DNA of 63,159 nucleotides, counting the filler, from Vannella sp. (Eukaryota), in the NCBI GenBank assembly GCA_023345925.1. It is 6 parts of 6 records of this genome, joined end to end, with 100 filler letters (N's around TTAATTAATTAA, not from the genome) between each part and the next. Parts side by side here need not be neighbours in the genome. Positions count along the whole stretch, not along the records: positions 43,153 to 57,749 come from JAJQQN010000275.1; positions 57,850 to 63,159 come from JAJQQN010000649.1; 4 more parts are not named here. One strand, written 5' to 3'. Within the stretch, counting starts at the first letter, position 1. Every line of letters begins with the position of its first letter. Of the stretch, positions 57,452-63,159 are shown in pieces. The position numbers were made by a program, and so were the translations under genes. The notes beneath the pieces were generated by a model. The model ran no database searches and was not told where the DNA came from. It saw only the letters and a program-made list of their open reading frames with translations.

Positions 57452-57749
57452 TTATACATCTTGCCGCTTGCTGATGATCCGCATGGTGGGGCTGGGACGG
57501 CCTCTGCGGAGCAGATCGAGGGCATTGACGGTGTTTCCACGCGCGAGTTCCAAATACACTTGGAGGAGAATAGCTCGGCGGAGACATTCTGGGGGGCAGG
57601 AGGCCAACGCTTTGGCCAGATACTGTTGCGCTGCATCAAACTCGCGGAGGAGAATCTGAGTCACAACAAAGTTGTGGAGCAGCGAATAACGGACGGCAGC
57701 TGCATACGGCTGCTCATAATAAGGGGATTCAAGTGCCGCAGGGAAGTCC
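57452..57749 (-). CDS. CNOT10: CCR4-NOT subunit CNOT10, C-terminal fragment (5' end truncated)
   Basis: LLHN...LREFDAAQQYL...AILLQVYLELARGNTVNALDLLR resembles the CNOT10 terminal TPR (AILLAVYLELQNGNT). Confidence 0.7.
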
Positions 57750-57849
57750 NNNNNNNNNNNNNNNNNNNNNNNNNNNNNNNNNNNNNNNNNNNNTTAATTA
57801 ATTAANNNNNNNNNNNNNNNNNNNNNNNNNNNNNNNNNNNNNNNNNNNN
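57750..57849. other. Artificial contig linker
   Basis: 44 N + TTAATTAATTAA + 44 N. Confidence 0.98.
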
Positions 57850-60347
57850 CTGCCAGAACTGGCTCGCGGCACCTGCCTTGCTGTAGAAAGTATTGGAGCT
57901 GACAGTTGTTGCATCAGTGTAGGCGATACCAGCATGTCTGGTGCCATTAACGAAGTTTCCGGCGACGTAGAGGAAGGTGTTGGTGGTCTTCTTCTGCTCC
58001 TCCGTGAAGATCAAGAGAGATTGCGCCTCGGTGGGCAACTGACCAACCTGAGAGTACGTTCCCTGGTTGACGTCGAAGACAAAGAGGCCACCCACTGTGT
58101 TCCCAACGGCAAGCTTGAGCGCACCAGCAATGTAAACACGAGAGATCTCATCAATGACAATGTCATTGACCAAAGAGCCTTCGATGAACTGAGAGGGAGG
58201 AGGAACCCACGATTTGGTCTGGATGTTGTACATGGCAAAGCTGTGGTACACTGTGGATCCTGTAGTGAATTCGAAGTGACCTCCGATCGCAATGTAGAGG
58301 CCCCCAGTGGATTTGTCGACAGTGATGACAGAGATGGAGTATCCATCTTCTGAGGAAGAGCTGACAGTATTGGGGATGCCAATACCGCTCCACAGTTTGG
58401 TTTTGCGATCGAACATCACGACGGCATGAGCAACATCTGTTGATCCAGGAATGGTGACAGTGAAGACCCCACCAATCAAGACGATGTTCTCGTTGGCAAA
58501 GATGGCAGTGACACATCCTGTGCCTCCAACGATAGTGGGGATGGAGGTCCACACATTAGCGAGCTTGACGTCCTTGGAGTAGTAGCCAACAGGGAGCTGG
58601 CGGCCGTTACCTGGGCATGCGTTGGTGGCATAGAAGATAGTGGATCCATTAGTAGTCATTGCAGTGACGGGAAGGAGGTTGTGAAGGGGGGCATCAAAGG
58701 TATTAGTGTAGGGCTTGTAGCGAACAAAGTTCTCCACTTGTAACCCGTTAGCAATGGCATCAAAGTTGCCACCAATGTACAGTTCATAATCCTCGTCATC
58801 AGGGTCGTTCATGACCGCCAAACTGTTGACAATACCGGCGTTAGCGAGCATGCCAGGGTCCTTCACCTTGATGGAGGGAGGGAAGGACTCGGGGTTGATC
58901 TCAAGCATCTTTTTGCCTTCAGAGTTGCTTCCAAACACTAAGAGAACGTTCGGCCCAAAGTCAAAGGTCATCGCAGACACGCTGAAAGTACCAAACTCGG
59001 AAAGATCAATCTCAATCCACATACTTCCACCAAAGGGCAGATAGGAGAGGTAGTTTCGCGCATAGCTGCAGGTCCAGAGAGTGTTGTCGTGGCCCACAAC
59101 AAGGAGGTCGAATGGAAGGGTACGTGGGACACCAGTGTAGTCTCGGTTGAGTCCAGCATTAGTGTACACAGCCCAGTCAGTGTTGGCACAATTGTTTTCA
59201 ATGTCAGGTACGGCAATCAAGAAGCCTTCCTGCCAAGCATACACGTGTGGGGCAGGGGAGAACTCAGCACATTTCCCATTACTCAGAGTAGAGACGGGAG
59301 CATCAATAGCTGTTCAAACTGTTAGACACATCACTTGGTAATCAATACATCATACCTTCATAGTTTTGGCTGGCTTTGAACAGGGTAAAACTGAAGGGAC
59401 CATCACCATTGATGTCTGCGGTTAGCTCGATGCCAGCAACATTACCACTCTTGTCTGTAGCAATGTTTCTCTCGCTGATGAGATTAGCTGATGATAACTT
59501 AGTGTAACTAGTCTCCACATTCCACTTGTAGAGGGCTCCTGCACCGGAGCCATCTCTTGCGTAGATGAAAACATTGTCAGCGCTAGAAGCCAGCCCAGAG
59601 ATAATAGGCTCAGCAGGGAAGACCTTTTGGGGATCCAATAGAAGCGACCACTCGTCCAACTCGTTGATCATGACGATGTTGGGGACGTCCACGTCCACGT
59701 CACTTCCACTCTTCTTGACAGCCATAGAGATATACTCTCTACATGAGGGTTAGAAAGGACAAGAGGGGAAAAGTGTTGACCTACACAGAGTCAAAGTTAC
59801 CAGCAAAGAAGACGTTCTTGGAGGTGCTCGCAATGAACTTGATAGCCTCACCGTTGCGCAAGAAAATCCCCTGGTTGACAGCTATACGAGACTGGTTACT
59901 TACAGGGTTAGGGAGGAAGAGGCCAACCTACAGTCAAAGTCGTCCTCATCATTATCATAGTGGACAACGCAACTGGAGTACTTGTAGCCATTACCAACAA
60001 AGCGGAAGATACCTGATCCATAGACACCACTGCAAGGGGATGAGAAGATGAGGAGGAGACAGGTGCTGACTTACAAAGGCGTATCTTGGAGGATGTTCAG
60101 GAAACCACTGTTCTTGTAGACTCCACCATTGAAGGTATCAACGTAAGCATCTTCGTCAATATCATACGCCAACAAGCCAGTCACATGGTCAAGAGTGTAA
60201 TCAGCAGTGTTCAAGGCAATGAGGAAGTCTCCAGCCATATACACGTCTACAACACAATCAGCATCACCATCAACCAAACGCATACCCCATACCATTCGCA
60301 GCAAACGACAACCCAACAAGAACGAAGAGCGCCAAGAGCCTGCTCAT
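57850..60347 (-). CDS. Secreted or cell-surface beta-propeller repeat protein (Rax2-like repeats), 3' end truncated
   Basis: Signal MSRLLALFVLVGLSFAA; repeated [LV]Y[IV][GA]GxF motifs (YMAGDF, LYIGGNF, VLIGGVF, IAIGGHF, LYVAGNF) each followed by a Trp/aromatic blade end. Confidence 0.7.
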
Positions 60348-60446
60348 GTCCCCAGAAAGGATGGAAATGGAGAAAGAAAGTTCTGATCGGAAAAGAACTC
60401 GTTGTTCAAGCTCTAGACAGAATACTGCTCATTATTTTCATTTGGA

Positions 60447-61330
60447 ATGGCGGACCTATTTGGGGGGCTGAAGCTGACCTCGTTTGAGGGTTTGGAGGAG
60501 GCGACGGGTCGAGGGTCGTGTGCGGAGTGTTTGCGGAATCGAAAGTACTTTTGTTATGATTGTCGGATACTGACAGTACCCCATCCGGAGAAGGTGCCGC
60601 GGGTGCAGCTCCCTTTCGAGTTGGTTGTGTAAGGAGACCTGATGAAGAGTGATTGGAGGTCTCAAACAGCAGTAGGATCCAGCACCCAACAGAAGGCAAG
60701 TCTAAAAGCACTGCTATTCATGCCTCAATACTCAGTGAAGGTGTCCAACACTTCATGTTCCCCGATTTCCCGGACTACACCGAAGAGGAGGGCACTTTCG
60801 TCCTTTATCCTTCGGAAGGAGCCCTCTCATTCGAAGACATCAACATCCCAGTGAAGCGCGTCATAGTACTCGATTCCCAGTGGCACAAGTGCTTCTCCAT
60901 GACGTCAGATGAGCGAATATCGAATCTTCCGAGAGTGAAGATCAGGAACTACTCGACTACCTTCTGGAGGTATCAAAAGAAGGGTCCAGACCATCTCGCT
61001 ACGATCGAGGCTATCTATTACTTCTACCGAGAGTACCACCTCAGCCAACACGGCACCTACAACGGAGAGTATGACGGTTGGTAACCTCTTGCTCTCTCGT
61101 TGAGTTTCCTGATCGTGGGAGCGCAGATCTTCTCTACTTCTACGCATTCTTCTACAAGAACATCCAGAAAGACTACAGGTATGGAGGATCACACGGGCTC
61201 CTTGATCTAACCAGCACACAGAGAATCAGGAAGGCCCTTCTGCCGGATCGAGAACTACATTCAACCCGTTGTAGGCGAAGATGCCCACCAAACAGTGGAT
61301 CCTACAGGAGAGAAAGACATCAATGAATGA
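60447..61330 (+). CDS. DTWD1: tRNA-uridine aminocarboxypropyltransferase 1 (DTW domain)
   Basis: RGSCAEC...KYFCYDC, HPTE..SKSTAIHA, VLDSQW, FWRYQ, LATIEAIYYF, DLLYFY. Confidence 0.9.
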
Positions 61331-61364
61331 CATTCGTAGCTACCAAACGGCGCAATTGTCCGAT

Positions 61365-62970
61365 CTATTCGAGCATCATGTTCCGGCTCTCCTCGTCTAT
61401 GAGACAGTGAGAAAGAGTGAACCCATGAAAGGGCTATGGACCTACCATTCAGGACTTCTCCGCGGGAAGCAGAGTTGTCGAGCTCTCTTCTAATCTCTGG
61501 AGCAATCATCGGGTGCGTGTGGACCTTGATCACCGCCTTGAGGGCGTCCTTTTGCTCCTTTGTGAGGTCTTCTTTGTATCGTTGGGCAAAGACGAGCACG
61601 GCTTGATGCCAGATCACTGGAAGGTTCCTGCGCTCCTCCATGAAAGAGTTGAAGTACTCTACCAAGCGATCGATCACCCTGTAGGGGAGGGCGTACTTCT
61701 TTGTCAGAAGGACCTTCATAAAGATGTTAACAGTTCCATTGTACTCCATCTGAGTCATCTTGTAGAGGGCTGCACTGGACTGAAGGACAGGTACGGACAC
61801 TTTGGTGATCACACTGGCAATGATTGAGGCTTCGTGCAAGCTGCATTGTTGCTAACCTCTCCGTCAGAGACCTTCTGATGGAACATACATCTCATCAATC
61901 CACTCACCTCGCAGAGGGGCAGGATAATTCCCTTGTAGAAGGCGGCTGGCTTGTAGATTGCCTTCTTCAATGCTCGATAGAGATGGTAGTTCAACCGCTT
62001 GTTCTCTGTGATGTCATCAATGACCCTAGGGAACAGAATTGTGTTGTAGAAGCGCTGCGCCATCTTCTCGTTCAAGTTGGAAGCGAAAAGGCGAGTTGCA
62101 ACATAGTAAGCAGGCAATGACCAGTTTGCTGGATCAGTGAGGTACACCTAAGGGGAAGGTTAGAAAGAGAAACATCCTGGAGTGGTCTATGACGCACCAC
62201 CTCCTCCCAGTTGTTCAGAGAAGGGATAATCTTGAAGGCCTTTGGTACCTTTCCTGCTGTGTAGTGAGAGAGGACTTTGCCAACCCTATGGGGTAGCAAG
62301 TTAGGTTCAGTTGATCCAATAAGCACCCCAGAACGAGCATACCCCTTGTAGACTTGAACCACTTTGGGGTGAAGCCGAGGGGCGGACTCAACATCGGAGC
62401 TGCGGCTTCCTGGCTTACTGGCCTGCAGTTCTTGCTCTCTGAGTTTCTCCATGATAATGTCGGAGATGGTCTTGCGTTGAGTAGGCTCGTTCTGCATGAA
62501 CATTGCCAACGCTTCCTCGTCCGCTGCATCAATCAGCTGATTGGAGAGAGAGTGAGAAGGGCGATTGAGATTCGAAGGAGAGGCTCACCAACTCGTCATT
62601 CACTCCAATGTCGGCGACCATCTCTCCATCCGTGACGTCGTCTTCCTCATCATCGGAGTCGACGTAATTTGGTAAGCGCTTGGGTGCAGCTTGCCTTCCC
62701 GTAGTTCTATGAGTGAAATGTATATGGAAAGAGAGTAACGTACGGGTTCTCTTCTCGCTGTTGCTCCTTGGCCTGGGCAAGGATCGCGCGATCAATGCGA
62801 ACAGGGCGATCCAGCCCCGTTTTCAGTCGCCTTTCCTCCCTTTCTTGCCCTTTCCTCCCAGTGGTCCTCTTTGGACGAGCTAGTGTAGATTCCGCTTCGA
62901 GAATATCAGCCGCCAAGGGGTTATGGTGATGCCCACGCGAGGTCTTCCTTGCTGAAGCTTCCTTCGGCAT
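61365..62970 (-). CDS. BYSL: Bystin / Enp1 (40S ribosome biogenesis)
   Basis: [71 protein letters not shown]. Confidence 0.95.
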
Positions 62971-63159
62971 GGAGAAACTAAAAGACTCCTCTGTCATGAA
63001 GCTTTCCTCAAATGCTTGGCGAAAGAAACTAGGGGTTGTTTGAGGAGATTGAGATTTTAACTTTCTAGATGGCAGACGGCAACCGTGGTCAGAGAAAATC
63101 CACGAGGGAAGAGGGTTCCAAAACTCGTGTTTGCGTAGAGTGTCCTGATGACCTCCATC

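Noticed and set aside
13562..57849. TTAATTAATTAA flanked by N runs, five times, as a biological repeat
   Set aside because: Identical 100-nt artificial joins with six-frame stops. Gene adjacency across them has no meaning.

Overview
Eukaryotic nuclear DNA from a very compact genome with short GT-AG introns (mostly about 40-90 nt) and intergenic gaps often under 100 nt. Gene content looks amoebozoan/protist-like, but that is an inference. The window is six contigs joined by artificial 100-nt linkers (44 N + TTAATTAATTAA + 44 N), so neighbourhoods only count within a contig. I support 26 protein genes and one tRNA-Thr(CGU). Recognisable genes: AGMO, TMEM184, UBR4/BIG (partial), mitochondrial Lon (partial), MCM2, VPS55, SET1, SETD7-like, TMEM70-like, SMARCC/SWI3, TSC1, EMC7, MAG lipase, TIM50, CNOT10 (partial), DTWD1 and bystin. 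The most interesting objects appear only after manual splicing: (1) a TOM1/THH1/GPR137-type 7TM domain fused to an EcKL/APH-fold small-molecule kinase; (2) a coiled-coil protein ending in a complete WH2-Central-Acidic (VCA) Arp2/3-activator module with no WH1/CRIB; (3) an AGC kinase fused to F-box + LRR; (4) a giant ER protein with prenyltransferase-like helical repeats and beta domains ending in a TRAP-delta (SSR4) domain; (5) a single-pass LRR-mucin-GPS receptor whose LRRs lie on seven 69-nt phase-2 cassette exons; (6) an intronless Pmp-repeat receptor kinase. All family calls come from motif recognition by eye; no searches were run, and coordinates of spliced genes are manual estimates.
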